In this document: one piece after another, positions 7,557-17,133 of the stretch
How the letters are laid out: each line of letters begins with the position of its first letter
Numbering within the stretch: the stretch's first letter is position 1
Assembly (NCBI GenBank): GCA_040756035.1
Contig: JBFLZV010000005.1
Coordinates: 147 to 64,146, forward strand
Length of the DNA: 64,000 nucleotides
Source: Pseudomonadota bacterium
GTDB lineage: Bacteria > Pseudomonadota > Gammaproteobacteria > SURF-13
Direction: 5' to 3'
Program-made: the position numbers and the translations under genes
The notes under the pieces: generated by a model
Seen by the model: only the letters and a program-made list of their open reading frames with translations
What the model was told of the DNA's origin: nothing
Databases searched by the model: none

Positions 7557-8327
7557 ATGAAAAGGAAATTCCTGGCCTCGGCCATCATGGGACTATGCGC
7601 CGGCGGCGTGGTTGCCCAGCCTCAGCCCATGAATTTTGATCAATTGGATAAGAATGATGATGGCTTTATCAGCCGTGAAGAAGCGAGCGCCATGGAAGGA
7701 TTGCAAGACAACTTCTCCAGGGCGGATGCGCAGAAGGACGGCAGGCTCAGCATTTCGGAGTATCAGGCGTTCATCAAAGACGTGCACGGCGCCGAGGGGC
7801 CCGGCGATCAATCCGCCAGTCAAATGAGCGGCAGCGCCGCGGGCGGCGGTGGGCAGGCGCCTGTTTTGCCCGGTTTCGATCAGCTCGATATCAACAAAGA
7901 CGGTCTCGTCATCGACACCGAGTATCAGGCTTTCCTGTTGAAGCAGCAACAATCCGGCGGCGGCCAAGTACAAGGCAGCGCAGCCGCCTCCGACAATACC
8001 GTGGCGGCGCCGGTGGCGATCATCTGGGCGGTGGCGGACAGCGCGGACATCAATAAAGATAAACAACTGAGCCAGGATGAGCTGATGAGCGAGTTCAGGC
8101 AGGCGGATCGCAACGGCGACAACACGCTGAACGAGACGGAGCTCAGTAACTTCAGGAAAGAGCTGCGGCAACTGGGTCAATCGCCGCAAGGCGGGTCTTC
8201 GCAAAGAATGCAGGGCGCCGGCTCTTCGGAATCACCCTCGCAAACCATGCCGTCACAGAGCGGGCGGAGTCAGCAAAACGGTATGCAGCAGCAAGGCGGT
8301 TCATCGGGAACGCAGTCCACGCAATAA
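7557..8327 (+). CDS. secreted EF-hand calcium-binding protein (paralog 3) with Gln/Ser/Gly-rich tail
   Basis: Start moved to ATG 7557 (GGAG RBS, signal peptide MKRKFLASAIMGLCAGGVVA). EF loops LDKNDDGFISREE, DAQKDGRLSISE, LDINKDGLVIDTE, ADINKDKQLSQDE, DRNGDNTLNETE. Confidence 0.65.
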   Translation: MKRKFLASAIMGLCAGGVVAQPQPMNFDQLDKNDDGFISREEASAMEGLQDNFSRADAQKDGRLSISEYQAFIKDVHGAEGPGDQSASQMSGSAAGGGGQAPVLPGFDQLDINKDGLVIDTEYQAFLLKQQQSGGGQVQGSAAASDNTVAAPVAIIWAVADSADINKDKQLSQDELMSEFRQADRNGDNTLNETELSNFRKELRQLGQSPQGGSSQRMQGAGSSESPSQTMPSQSGRSQQNGMQQQGGSSGTQSTQ

Positions 8328-8664
8328 AATCGTAAGATGCGCGGCGCAGCCGTAGGCGGCCCCGCATAGATGGTGCGCAGGAGTGTGCGCCAACGCCATG
8401 CCAAGGGCGAAATGCGTAAGTATTGAGCAGGCTACACGGGCAAAGCAGCGAAGCTGCCTTGCGGGTGCGCAGGAGGCACACCCGGGACGTTACGCGCAGC
8501 AGGAAGCGCAGCGTAAAAGTAGCCGTGGGCTTTATGCGTAGCCAGGAGGCGCAGCATAGAGGCGTGGTTAAGCCGGCAAGGGCGGCGCAGGAAGCGCGGC
8601 ATTGCCGGCGCTTTTACTGATATCCGGCAATGAATATTACCGGGTTAGTTCCGTGGCGGTGAGA

Positions 8665-9507
8665 TCACGTAGCGCCGCCGCGGCTCATTTTATATACCGC
8701 CCAGTCCATCATGCGCCCCGGCAGCACGCGCCGTAGCAAGGCGACGAAGTGCGTCGGTAGGCCAACGTAGTAGTGCGCGCACGGATGCGCGGACTCCAGC
8801 GCGTGGATGACTTTTTTCAGCACCGCGCGCGGATGCGACGAAAATAAACCGCCGCGCGGTTTGATCAAGCGTTGTTCCATGCGCGCATAATTGGCCGCGT
8901 GCGCATTGGATTCAGTCTTGGCGTGGCGGCGGTAAGCGGCCAGCGCGTTACTGCGGAAGCGCGTCTCCGTGGGGCCGGGTTCGATCAGCGCCGCATGCAC
9001 GCCGCTGTCGCGCAGCTCCAGGCGCAGCGTGTCCATCAATCCCTCCAGCGCGAACTTGCTGGCGTTGTAGGCGCCGCGATACGGAAACGCCACCAACCCC
9101 AGCAGCGAGCTAATGGTGATGACGCGGCCGTGTCCTTGCGCGCGCAATACCGGCAGCACCAGGTTGGTCAGCTCCAGCGCGCCGAATACGTTGGTCTCGA
9201 ACTGCGCGCGCAGCGCCGCGCGCGTGAGATCCTCCACCGCGCCGGGTTGGCCGTAGCCCGCATTGTTGATAAGCGCATAAAGTTGCCCATTGCCGCGCGC
9301 CAACACCTCCTGCACGGCTTGCCGGATGGATGCGGAATCGTCCAGATCGAGGCGCACCGCTTCGAGCCCCTGCGCCGCCAGTGCGCTTACGTCCTCGGGT
9401 TTGCGCGCGCCGGCGAACACCCGATAGCCGCGCGCTTGCAGGCCCACGGCCAGACACTGACCGATGCCGCTGGAGCAGCCGGTGATGAGCACGGATTTTT
9501 CTTTCAC
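8665..9507 (-). CDS. SDR-family short-chain dehydrogenase/reductase
   Basis: 280 aa. N-terminal TGCSSGIG Rossmann motif, NNAG, and YxxxK catalytic pair (YNASK). Confidence 0.8.
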   Translation of the reverse strand: MKEKSVLITGCSSGIGQCLAVGLQARGYRVFAGARKPEDVSALAAQGLEAVRLDLDDSASIRQAVQEVLARGNGQLYALINNAGYGQPGAVEDLTRAALRAQFETNVFGALELTNLVLPVLRAQGHGRVITISSLLGLVAFPYRGAYNASKFALEGLMDTLRLELRDSGVHAALIEPGPTETRFRSNALAAYRRHAKTESNAHAANYARMEQRLIKPRGGLFSSHPRAVLKKVIHALESAHPCAHYYVGLPTHFVALLRRVLPGRMMDWAVYKMSRGGAT

Positions 9508-9527
9508 GTTGTTATTCTTACAGAGCG

Positions 9528-10196
9528 CTAAGCCAATAATACCGCGACCAAGCCGGTGAGAAAAATCCCGTCGAATGTGCCCGCGCCGCCGATGGAGGCC
9601 AGTGGCGCGCCCATCTTGCGGATGTCCTTGAGGCGCAGCAAGTCGGCGCCGATCAGCACGCCCAGCGTACCGCCGATGTACGCCAGCGGCGCGCTTTGTT
9701 GCGGATCGATGGCGATCGCGGCCAGCGCGGCGGTGACCGGCGCGATGAAGATCGGCATGGTGACGCCAAGGCCGGACACGGGTCGGCTGGCCACGCGGCT
9801 GATCGCCGCCACGATGGTGATCACCAGCACGACGTCGAACGGATGCAGCACATTGTGGCGCATCAGATAAACGGAAAAAAGCAGCGGGATCAGCGCGCCG
9901 CCCACGTTCAGCGCGATCAAGGTTTTACCCTTGAAGTCGCGCTGATTTTTGCGCACCAGTTCGCGCCATGGCGCGGGTACGGTTTCCAAATCGACGGGGC
10001 TGGCCTTCACGCTGAACAGCGGCAGATTGATCATGCTGCCGATCAGCGAAGCGAACAACAGCGTGAAGGCCGAGCTTTGCGAGAGGCCCAGTTTGTCGAA
10101 GGCGATGGTGAGTGCGCCGATCTGCACGAACGCCAGCAAAAAGCCGACCAGGAACACCAGCAGCGCGAATTGCAATGGCGAAAAGGACGGGCGCAT
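9528..10196 (-). CDS. integral membrane protein (possibly DUF1614 family)
   Basis: 222 aa, multiple hydrophobic helices. No catalytic motif recognised. Confidence 0.4.
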   Translation of the reverse strand: MRPSFSPLQFALLVFLVGFLLAFVQIGALTIAFDKLGLSQSSAFTLLFASLIGSMINLPLFSVKASPVDLETVPAPWRELVRKNQRDFKGKTLIALNVGGALIPLLFSVYLMRHNVLHPFDVVLVITIVAAISRVASRPVSGLGVTMPIFIAPVTAALAAIAIDPQQSAPLAYIGGTLGVLIGADLLRLKDIRKMGAPLASIGGAGTFDGIFLTGLVAVLLA

Positions 10197-10214
10197 GGAA
10201 ATAAGTCGGCGGCG

Positions 10215-12020
10215 TTAACCGAGAACGGCGTGATCTTGTTTACGCCGCTCCTCCTGCTGCAATGCCCACATATGAGCATAGACCCTGTCCTGCGTCAGCA
10301 GTTCACGGTGCGTGCCGCGCTCCACGATGCGCCCCTGATCCATCACCAAAATTTGATCGGCGTCGATGACGGTGGACAGCCGATGCGCGATCACCAGCGT
10401 GGTATGGTGCGCCGCCACTTCGCGCAGCGCGTCGAGAATGGCCTGCTCCGATTTAGAATCCAGCGCCGAGGTCGCCTCGTCGAAAATCAAAATGCGCGGG
10501 TCTTTAAGAATGGTGCGCGCGATGGCGACGCGCTGCTTCTCGCCGCCGGACAGTTTCAATCCGCGCTCGCCCACCAGCGTGTCGTAACCGTTTGGCAGGC
10601 TCTCGATGAACTCGTGGATGTGCGCGAGCCGCGCGGCGCGCAGCACTTGCTCGCGGCTCGCCTCGGGACGCGCGTAGGCGATGTTGTAGTAAATGCTGTC
10701 ATTGAACAGCACGGTGTCCTGCGGCACGATGCCGATGGCGGCTCGCAAACTTTTTTGCGTCACGTCGCGGATGTCCTGGCCGTTGATGGTGATGCGCCCG
10801 CGCGTCACGTCATAAAAGCGGAACAATAAGCGCGCCAGGGTGGATTTGCCGGCGCCGCTCGGTCCCACCACCGCGACCTTGTGACCGGGAGGGATGGCGA
10901 AGCTGACGTCGAACAAAATTTGCCGGTTGGCGTCGTAGCCGAAATCGACGTGCTCGAAGGCCACGCGCCCGTCGCCCACCTCGAGCGGCGCGGCGTTTGG
11001 CCGGTCTTGCACTTCGGGATATTGCCGCAGCAGATTGAACATATGCTCCATGTCGGCCAGCGAATTTTTTATTTCGCGGTACACGAAGCCGAGAAAGTTG
11101 AGCGGGATGAACATTTGGATTAAAAACGCATTGACCAGCACCAGGTCACCGAGCGTCATGGTGCCGCGCGTCACCTCGGCGCTGGCCATAATCATCAGCA
11201 CCGTCACGCCCACGGCGATGATGGCGCTCTGCCCGAAGTTGAGCACGGCCAGCGAGGTTTGGTTTTTCACCGCGGCGCGTTCCCACACCTGCATGTTTTC
11301 GTCGTAGCGCCGCGCCTCGTAATCCTCATTGCCGAAATACTTCACGGTTTCATAATTGAGCAGACTGTCAATGGCGCGCGTGTTGGCCTTGGAGTCCATT
11401 TCATTCTTGGCGCGCACGTAGCCCATGCGCCACTCGGTGATGACCAGCGTGAAGCCGACGTACACCAACAGCGCCACGAACGTGACGACGGCGTACCAGA
11501 CGCTGTATTTGGCGAACAGGATGGCCGCCACCATGCCGATTTCCAGCAGCGTGGGCAGGATATTGAACAGCATGAAAGTGAGCAGAAAGCTAATGCCGCG
11601 CGTGCCGCGCTCGATGTCGCGCGACAGGCCGCCGGTTTGGCGCTCCAGGTGAAAGCGCAGCGCCAGCGCGTGCAGATGGCGGAACACCCTGAGCGCCACG
11701 CGGCGGATGGCGCGCTGCGTCACCTTGGCGAACACCGCGTCGCGCAATTCGCCGAACAGGCTGCTGGCCAGGCGCAGCAGGCCGTAGCCGAGCAGCAGCG
11801 CCAATGGCAAAATCAGCACGTCGTGGCGCGCGGCATCCAGGGCATCGACGATTTCCTTGAGCGCCAGCGGCACGCCGACGTTGGCCACTTTCGCCAATAC
11901 CAGGCACGCCATGGCCAGCAGCGCGCGTCCACGGAACTCCCATAAATAAGGAAGCAGGCTGTGGATGGTGGTCCAATCGCCGCGCCCGTCTCTGGGAGTG
12001 GTTGCAGAATAACCGCGCAT
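10215..12020 (-). CDS. ABC transporter permease/ATP-binding fusion, Atm1/HMT1-like exporter
   Basis: 601 aa. N-terminal 6-TM domain. Walker A GPSGAGKST, ABC signature LSGGEKQR, Walker B ILIFDEATSALD. Confidence 0.8.
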   Translation of the reverse strand: MRGYSATTPRDGRGDWTTIHSLLPYLWEFRGRALLAMACLVLAKVANVGVPLALKEIVDALDAARHDVLILPLALLLGYGLLRLASSLFGELRDAVFAKVTQRAIRRVALRVFRHLHALALRFHLERQTGGLSRDIERGTRGISFLLTFMLFNILPTLLEIGMVAAILFAKYSVWYAVVTFVALLVYVGFTLVITEWRMGYVRAKNEMDSKANTRAIDSLLNYETVKYFGNEDYEARRYDENMQVWERAAVKNQTSLAVLNFGQSAIIAVGVTVLMIMASAEVTRGTMTLGDLVLVNAFLIQMFIPLNFLGFVYREIKNSLADMEHMFNLLRQYPEVQDRPNAAPLEVGDGRVAFEHVDFGYDANRQILFDVSFAIPPGHKVAVVGPSGAGKSTLARLLFRFYDVTRGRITINGQDIRDVTQKSLRAAIGIVPQDTVLFNDSIYYNIAYARPEASREQVLRAARLAHIHEFIESLPNGYDTLVGERGLKLSGGEKQRVAIARTILKDPRILIFDEATSALDSKSEQAILDALREVAAHHTTLVIAHRLSTVIDADQILVMDQGRIVERGTHRELLTQDRVYAHMWALQQEERRKQDHAVLG

Positions 12021-12142
12021 AAAAGCACCAAGTATAGGGGAGGGCGGCCGTTACCCGCCGCTGCATTATAGCGTATAATAAACGTTTGACTTTGCCCGTG
12101 TTTGTACGTGGCGCTGTAGCCTTGAAGTTCGAAGATTTATTT

Positions 12143-12288
12143 TATTAACCCGGCGGGATGTATTGCGGGGTTGAGCAAGGCACGGATGCCCTGACGCGGC
12201 CTTAAGCCGCGCGAGACCAGGCCGGGCATGTACCGGCCTGGGCGGCGGCGATAAACTATATGGATATAGTTTATCGCCGAGTTAATAG
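12143..12288 (-). repeat. MITE-like structured repeat, family 2, copy 2 (inverted orientation)
   Basis: The reverse complement matches copy 1/3 modules: CCAGGCCGGGCATGTACCGGCCTGG, GCGGCCTTAAGCCGC, TAAACTATATGGATATAGTTTATCGCC. Lies in the promoter region of fmdB. Confidence 0.6.
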
Positions 12289-12304
12289 CTGTGAAGGTAA
12301 CGCA

Positions 12305-12604
12305 ATGCCTACTTACGAATATCAATGTAATGCTTGCAGTCATCAGTTTGAGGCTCTGCAAAAAATGAGCGATGCGCCGCTCACCGAGTGTCCCGCATGC
12401 GGCAAGCCGCAGTTGCGCAAAATGATGTCGGCCGGCGCGTTCCACTTGAAGGGCAGCGGCTGGTATCAAACCGATTTCAAGAACGCCGGCAAGAAAAAGG
12501 CCGAGGCGGCGGATAAGAAATCGGGAGACGGCGCCGCTCTGCCTACGGCAAGCACCAAGGAAACCGGCGGCGAGGCCAAAACTTCTGCGACTACGGCAGA
12601 GTAG
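12305..12604 (+). CDS. FmdB-family zinc-ribbon protein
   Basis: MPTYEYQCNACSHQFEALQKMSDAPLTECPACG CxxC...CxxC zinc ribbon. The ORF-track N-extension (12260) is a translation of the repeat element; trimmed to the MPTYEY start. Confidence 0.7.
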   Translation: MPTYEYQCNACSHQFEALQKMSDAPLTECPACGKPQLRKMMSAGAFHLKGSGWYQTDFKNAGKKKAEAADKKSGDGAALPTASTKETGGEAKTSATTAE

Positions 12605-12605
12605 C

Positions 12606-13301
12606 GTGTCCACTAAACAACATTCCGGTGAAACAACGTCCACGGTGACGACGCTGCGCCGTTACCTGATCGCCGGCCTACTGGTGTGGCTGCCGCTGGG
12701 TGTCACGGTGCTGGTCATTAAGCTGCTGGTCGACGTGATGGACGGCACGCTGTCGCTGCTGCCCGACGCCTGGCAGCCCGACGCGCTGCTCGGTTTCCAT
12801 TTGCCCGGCCTAGGCGTGGTGCTGTCCATCACCATCGTGCTGGTCACCGGCATGGTGGTGGCCAACCTATTCGGGCGCCGCCTAGTGGAAATTTGGGAAG
12901 GGCTGCTGGCGCGCATTCCACTGGTGCGCTCCATTTATGCGGGTGTGAAGCAAGTCGCGGAAACGCTGTTCTCGCCCGGCGGTCAATCGTTCCGCAAAGT
13001 GGTGCTCATCGAATATCCGCGCCGTGGCCTGTGGACATTGGCGTTCCAAACCGGCAACGGCGTCGGCGAGGCGCAAACACGCACCGGTGAAGATGTGATC
13101 AATGTCTACGTGCCGACCACGCCCAATCCCACCTCCGGATTCTTTCTCATGGTGCCGCGCCAGGACGCGGTGGAGCTGGACATGACGGTGGACGAAGGTC
13201 TCAAGATGATCATCTCCATGGGCGTGGTGGTGCCGGAGTGGCGCAAGCGCGCGCTGATGGTCGGAACATCTTCACGCAAAGACGCAAAGGCGCAAAGTTA
13301 A
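12606..13301 (+). CDS. DUF502-family membrane protein
   Basis: 231 aa. TM segments and conserved VPTTPNPTSGFFLMVP motif. Conserved fmdB-DUF502-aspS gene order. Confidence 0.7.
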   Translation: MSTKQHSGETTSTVTTLRRYLIAGLLVWLPLGVTVLVIKLLVDVMDGTLSLLPDAWQPDALLGFHLPGLGVVLSITIVLVTGMVVANLFGRRLVEIWEGLLARIPLVRSIYAGVKQVAETLFSPGGQSFRKVVLIEYPRRGLWTLAFQTGNGVGEAQTRTGEDVINVYVPTTPNPTSGFFLMVPRQDAVELDMTVDEGLKMIISMGVVVPEWRKRALMVGTSSRKDAKAQS

Positions 13302-13403
13302 AAATCAGTTCAACAGTATCCATAATTTATGATTTTTTTAGTGGACTTAAATCTTTGTGTGTTTTGCGGCTTTGCGTGAGATATATTCTCTAGGATTTTT
13401 CCC

Positions 13404-15203
13404 ATGCGTACTCATTACTGCGGCCACCTCAACGAATCCCTGCTCGATCAGGAGGTCACGCTGTGCGGCTGGGTGCATCGGCGGCGCGACCATGGCGGCG
13501 TGATTTTCATCGACCTGCGCGACCGCGAGGGTTTGGTGCAGATCGTGTTCGACCCCGCCGATCCCGGCACCTTCGCGCAGGCCGAGCGTGTGCGCGGCGA
13601 GTATGTATTGCGCGTCGTAGGCCACGTGCGCCGCCGCCCGCCGGGTACCGAGAACCCGCACCTCGCCAGCGGCCGAGTCGAGGTCGCCTGCCGCGCCGTG
13701 GAAATTCTGAATACCGCGCAGACGCCGCCGTTCCAGCTCGATGAGGAAGGCGTCAGCGAAGAAAACCGCCTGCGCTATCGCTACATCGACCTGCGCCGCC
13801 CGGAGATGCAGGGCCGCCTGCGCATGCGCGCGCACATCACACGCGTGCTGCGCCGCTTTCTCGACGAGCACGGCTTCCTGGACGTGGAGACGCCGTTTCT
13901 CACCAAGGCCACGCCGGAAGGCGCGCGCGACTACCTGGTGCCGAGCCGCACCCACCCCGGCGAATTCTTCGCTCTGCCGCAGTCGCCGCAGTTGTTCAAG
14001 CAGTTGCTCATGATGGGCGGCATCGACCGTTACTACCAAATCGTGCGCTGTTTCCGCGACGAAGACCTGCGCGCCGACCGCCAGCCGGAATTCACGCAGA
14101 TCGACATCGAAACCTCGTTCATGGACGAACAGGCGATCACGCATCTCATGGAGGCGCTGATCCGCGAAGTGTTCGAGCAAGTGCTGCACGTCACGCTGCC
14201 CGAACCCTTCCCGCGCATGACCCATGCCGAGGCCATGGCGCGCTTCGGCGTGGACAAGCCCGATCTGCGCATTCCGTTGGAGCTGGCCGACGTCGGTGAT
14301 CTCATGCGCAACGTTGAATTCAAGGTGTTCTCCGGTCCGGCCAACGATCCCGATGGTCGCGTGGCGGCGCTGCGTCTGCCCGGCGGCGCCGAGCTGAGCC
14401 GCAAGGAACTCGACGATTACACGCAGTTCGTCGCCATCTACGGCGCCAAGGGGCTTGCTTACATCAAGGTCAACGATGCCGCGCAAGGTCGTGATGGATT
14501 GCAGTCGCCGATTCTAAAATTCCTGCCCGACGATGTGATCGCCGCCATCCTGCAACGCACCGGCGCAAAAACCGGCGACTTGATTTTCTTCGGCGCCGAC
14601 CGCGCGCAAATCGTCAACGAGGCGCTCGGCGCGCTGCGCATCAAGCTCGGCCACGACCGTGGCCTGGTGCAAGCCGGCTGGCGTCCGCTGTGGGTGGTCG
14701 ACTTTCCCATGTTCGAGTGGAGCGCCGAGGATAAGCGCTGGCAGGCCCTGCATCACCCGTTCACCGCGCCCAAGGTGGATTCCATCGAAGCGCTGCAAGC
14801 CGACCCCGGCGCGTGCCTGTCGCGCGCCTACGACATGGTGCTGAACGGCACCGAACTCGGCGGCGGCTCGGTGCGCATTCATCGCAGCGAAATGCAGTCC
14901 GTGGTGTTCCGTCTGCTCGGCATCAATGAAACGGAGGCGCAGGAAAAATTCGGCTTCCTGCTCGAGGCGCTTAAATACGGCTGCCCGCCGCACGGCGGTA
15001 TCGCCTTCGGCCTCGACCGGCTTGCCATGCTCATGAGCGGCGCGCACTCCATTCGCGAAGTCATGGCCTTCCCCAAAACCCAAACCGCCGCCTGCCCGCT
15101 CACCAACGCGCCGTCGCCGGTCACCGAGGCGCAGTTGCGCGAACTCGGCATACGCCTGCGCCAGCAGCCGGTTAAAGAAGCGCCGCAAGCAGCGGCTAAA
15201 TAA
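13404..15203 (+). CDS. aspS: aspartate--tRNA ligase
   Basis: 599 aa. [43 protein letters not shown], class II aaRS motifs, [13 protein letters not shown]. Confidence 0.95.
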   Translation: MRTHYCGHLNESLLDQEVTLCGWVHRRRDHGGVIFIDLRDREGLVQIVFDPADPGTFAQAERVRGEYVLRVVGHVRRRPPGTENPHLASGRVEVACRAVEILNTAQTPPFQLDEEGVSEENRLRYRYIDLRRPEMQGRLRMRAHITRVLRRFLDEHGFLDVETPFLTKATPEGARDYLVPSRTHPGEFFALPQSPQLFKQLLMMGGIDRYYQIVRCFRDEDLRADRQPEFTQIDIETSFMDEQAITHLMEALIREVFEQVLHVTLPEPFPRMTHAEAMARFGVDKPDLRIPLELADVGDLMRNVEFKVFSGPANDPDGRVAALRLPGGAELSRKELDDYTQFVAIYGAKGLAYIKVNDAAQGRDGLQSPILKFLPDDVIAAILQRTGAKTGDLIFFGADRAQIVNEALGALRIKLGHDRGLVQAGWRPLWVVDFPMFEWSAEDKRWQALHHPFTAPKVDSIEALQADPGACLSRAYDMVLNGTELGGGSVRIHRSEMQSVVFRLLGINETEAQEKFGFLLEALKYGCPPHGGIAFGLDRLAMLMSGAHSIREVMAFPKTQTAACPLTNAPSPVTEAQLRELGIRLRQQPVKEAPQAAAK

Positions 15204-15223
15204 GGCCGCCCCCACGCTTGCTA

Positions 15224-15254
15224 TATGACCATAGTCATATTATTATGGTCATAT
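15224..15254. promoter_or_regulatory. perfect inverted repeat ATATGACCATA-N9-TATGGTCATAT: putative operator/promoter of the Phd-VapC pair
   Basis: 11-bp arms located 20-50 bp upstream of the antitoxin start. Type II TA operons are typically autoregulated at such palindromes. Confidence 0.4.
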
Positions 15255-15274
15255 TTGCAGAGGAGGGTGAACCA

Positions 15275-15499
15275 GTGAAGATACCCGCCGGGCAATTCAA
15301 GGCGCGCTGCCTGAAGCTCATGGAGGAGGTGCGCCTGCGCCGCGCCGAGATCATCATTACCAAGCATGGAAAGCCGGTCGCTAAGCTGGTACCCGCGGAA
15401 GAGCGCGCCGCGCCGCTGCTGGGCTTTTTGAAAGGCACGGTCGATATCAAGGGCGACATCGTGAAGCCCGTCGGCGAGGCATGGGAAGCCGATGGCTAA
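15275..15499 (+). CDS. type II antitoxin, Phd/YefM family
   Basis: GTG start with AGGAGGG RBS at 15261-15267. IPAGQFKARCLKLMEEVRLRRAEIIITKHGKPVAKLVP matches the Phd/YefM fold. Overlaps the toxin start by 8 nt. Confidence 0.6.
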   Translation: MKIPAGQFKARCLKLMEEVRLRRAEIIITKHGKPVAKLVPAEERAAPLLGFLKGTVDIKGDIVKPVGEAWEADG

Positions 15500-15920
15500 G
15501 ACCATCCCGTTGCTGCTCGACACCCACGCCTGGGTGTGGCTCATGAATGGCGACGAGGATAAGTTTTCCGCGGCCAGCCGCAAGATAATTCAGCATGCCG
15601 GTCAACGGGGCCTGCTGCGCGTATCTATTTTATCGGTGTGGGAAGTGGGCATGCTGGAGTCCAAGGGCCGCTTGAAATTTTCGCGGCCCTGTCTGGATTG
15701 GATCAATGCCGCGCTGTCCGCACCGGGCATAGCACTCGCACCGCTCGAGCCGCAGGCGGCCGTCGAAAGCAGCCGCTTGCCCGGCAGCTTTCACGGCGAC
15801 CCGGTGGACCGGATGCTGGTCGCTACGGCGCGACACCTCGGCGCGACGCTGCTCACGCAAGATGATAAGATTATCCGCTACGGCAAACAGCATTCCGTGT
15901 CGGTCATGACTTTGAGCTAG
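15492..15920 (+). CDS. type II toxin, PIN-domain VapC family
   Basis: 142 aa. LLLDTHAWVWL N-terminal acidic-pocket motif, conserved D residues, translational coupling to the antitoxin. Confidence 0.7.
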   Translation: MAKTIPLLLDTHAWVWLMNGDEDKFSAASRKIIQHAGQRGLLRVSILSVWEVGMLESKGRLKFSRPCLDWINAALSAPGIALAPLEPQAAVESSRLPGSFHGDPVDRMLVATARHLGATLLTQDDKIIRYGKQHSVSVMTLS

Positions 15921-15939
15921 CACCGGTCATTAATTTCTT

Positions 15940-17061
15940 ATGGCAACTCTGCCGATCAAATCCGATCCCTATTACCAAGACGACCGCGTCTCCGGCAAGA
16001 TGCGCAGGGAATCGCGCGTGCCGAAAACACCGGCGCCGCCGCTCGCGTACCGTGACGAACGTTTCACCGACGAGGTCGCCGCGGCCACGCAGCCGATCTG
16101 GGAGCAAGTGCACGACCTCATCCCCGACGTGGAGTGGCTGCTCAAGGCGCCGCTGATTTATAAAATCAATCAGCTCAAGCGCGCGCGGCGCGCGATTATC
16201 CTGGCGCACAATTATCAAACGCCGGACATTTTCCACGGCGTGGCGGATTTTCGCGGCGACTCGTTGGAGTTGGCGCGGCGCGCCGCGGCGCTGGGGTCGG
16301 ACGAGGCGCCCATCGTGGTGATGTGCGGCGTGCACTTCATGGCCGAGACGGTGAAAATACTCTCGCCGCGGCGCACCGTGCTGATTCCGGACACGGAGGC
16401 CGGCTGTTCGCTGGCCGAGAGCATTACCGGCGCCGACGTGCGCTTGCTGAAGGAGCGTTATCCCGGCGCGCCGGTGGTGAGTTACGTCAACACTTCGGCG
16501 GAAGTGAAGGCGGAGTCGGATTTTTGCTGCACCTCCAGCAATGCGCTGCAAATCGTGGAGGCCGCGGCGCGCGAGTTCGGCGTGCAGCGCGCTATCATGC
16601 TGCCGGACTATTATCTGGCCAAGAACGTCGCGGCGCAAACCACCATCGAGATCATCGCCTGGGCCGGCACCTGCATGGTGCACGAGCGCTTCACGCCGGA
16701 ACAAATCCGCGAGCTGCGCGCGCAGTTTCCCAACGTGCGCGTGCTGGCGCATCCGGAGTGCCCGCCGGAAGTGTGCGCGGAGGCGGATTTCGTCGGCTCG
16801 ACATCGGGCATGATTAGAGACGTGGGCACGTCGGGCGCGGCCAAGGTGGTGATGATCACCGAATGCGCGATGGCCGACAACGTCGCCGCCGCGCACCCCG
16901 GCGTGGACTTCGTGCGCCCCTGTGTGTTGTGCCCGCACATGCAACGCATCACGTTGGCGAAGATTCTAACCTGCCTGGAAACCTTGCGGCCCGAAGTTCA
17001 CGTCGCGCCCGACGTCGCCGCGCGCGCGCGCCGCGCCGTGGAACGGATGCTATCGGTGTAG
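15940..17061 (+). CDS. nadA: quinolinate synthase A
   Basis: 373 aa. ILAHNYQ, VMCGVHFMAETVKIL, CTSSNALQIVE, MVHERF motifs and Cys ligands for the [4Fe-4S] cluster. Confidence 0.9.
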   Translation: MATLPIKSDPYYQDDRVSGKMRRESRVPKTPAPPLAYRDERFTDEVAAATQPIWEQVHDLIPDVEWLLKAPLIYKINQLKRARRAIILAHNYQTPDIFHGVADFRGDSLELARRAAALGSDEAPIVVMCGVHFMAETVKILSPRRTVLIPDTEAGCSLAESITGADVRLLKERYPGAPVVSYVNTSAEVKAESDFCCTSSNALQIVEAAAREFGVQRAIMLPDYYLAKNVAAQTTIEIIAWAGTCMVHERFTPEQIRELRAQFPNVRVLAHPECPPEVCAEADFVGSTSGMIRDVGTSGAAKVVMITECAMADNVAAAHPGVDFVRPCVLCPHMQRITLAKILTCLETLRPEVHVAPDVAARARRAVERMLSV

Positions 17062-17128
17062 GGTGGGCACGTTGTTTGTGCCCACCGGTCAAGATTACGC
17101 GTGGGCACAAAAGGCGTGCCCACCCTAC
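17058..17128. repeat. REP-like palindromic doublet (GTAGGGTGGGCAC ... GTGCCCACCCTAC) between convergent nadA and an SDR gene
   Basis: Two hairpins GTGGGCAC-N-GTGCCCAC nested in an outer 13-bp inverted repeat. Related single unit at 31238-31266. Likely a bidirectional terminator or REP element. Confidence 0.5.
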
Positions 17129-17133
17129 GTTTT

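Noticed and set aside
9696-10829. 377-aa plus-strand ORF opposite the ABC exporter and DUF1614 genes
   Set aside because: Antisense, His/Arg/Gln-rich, no domain signal.
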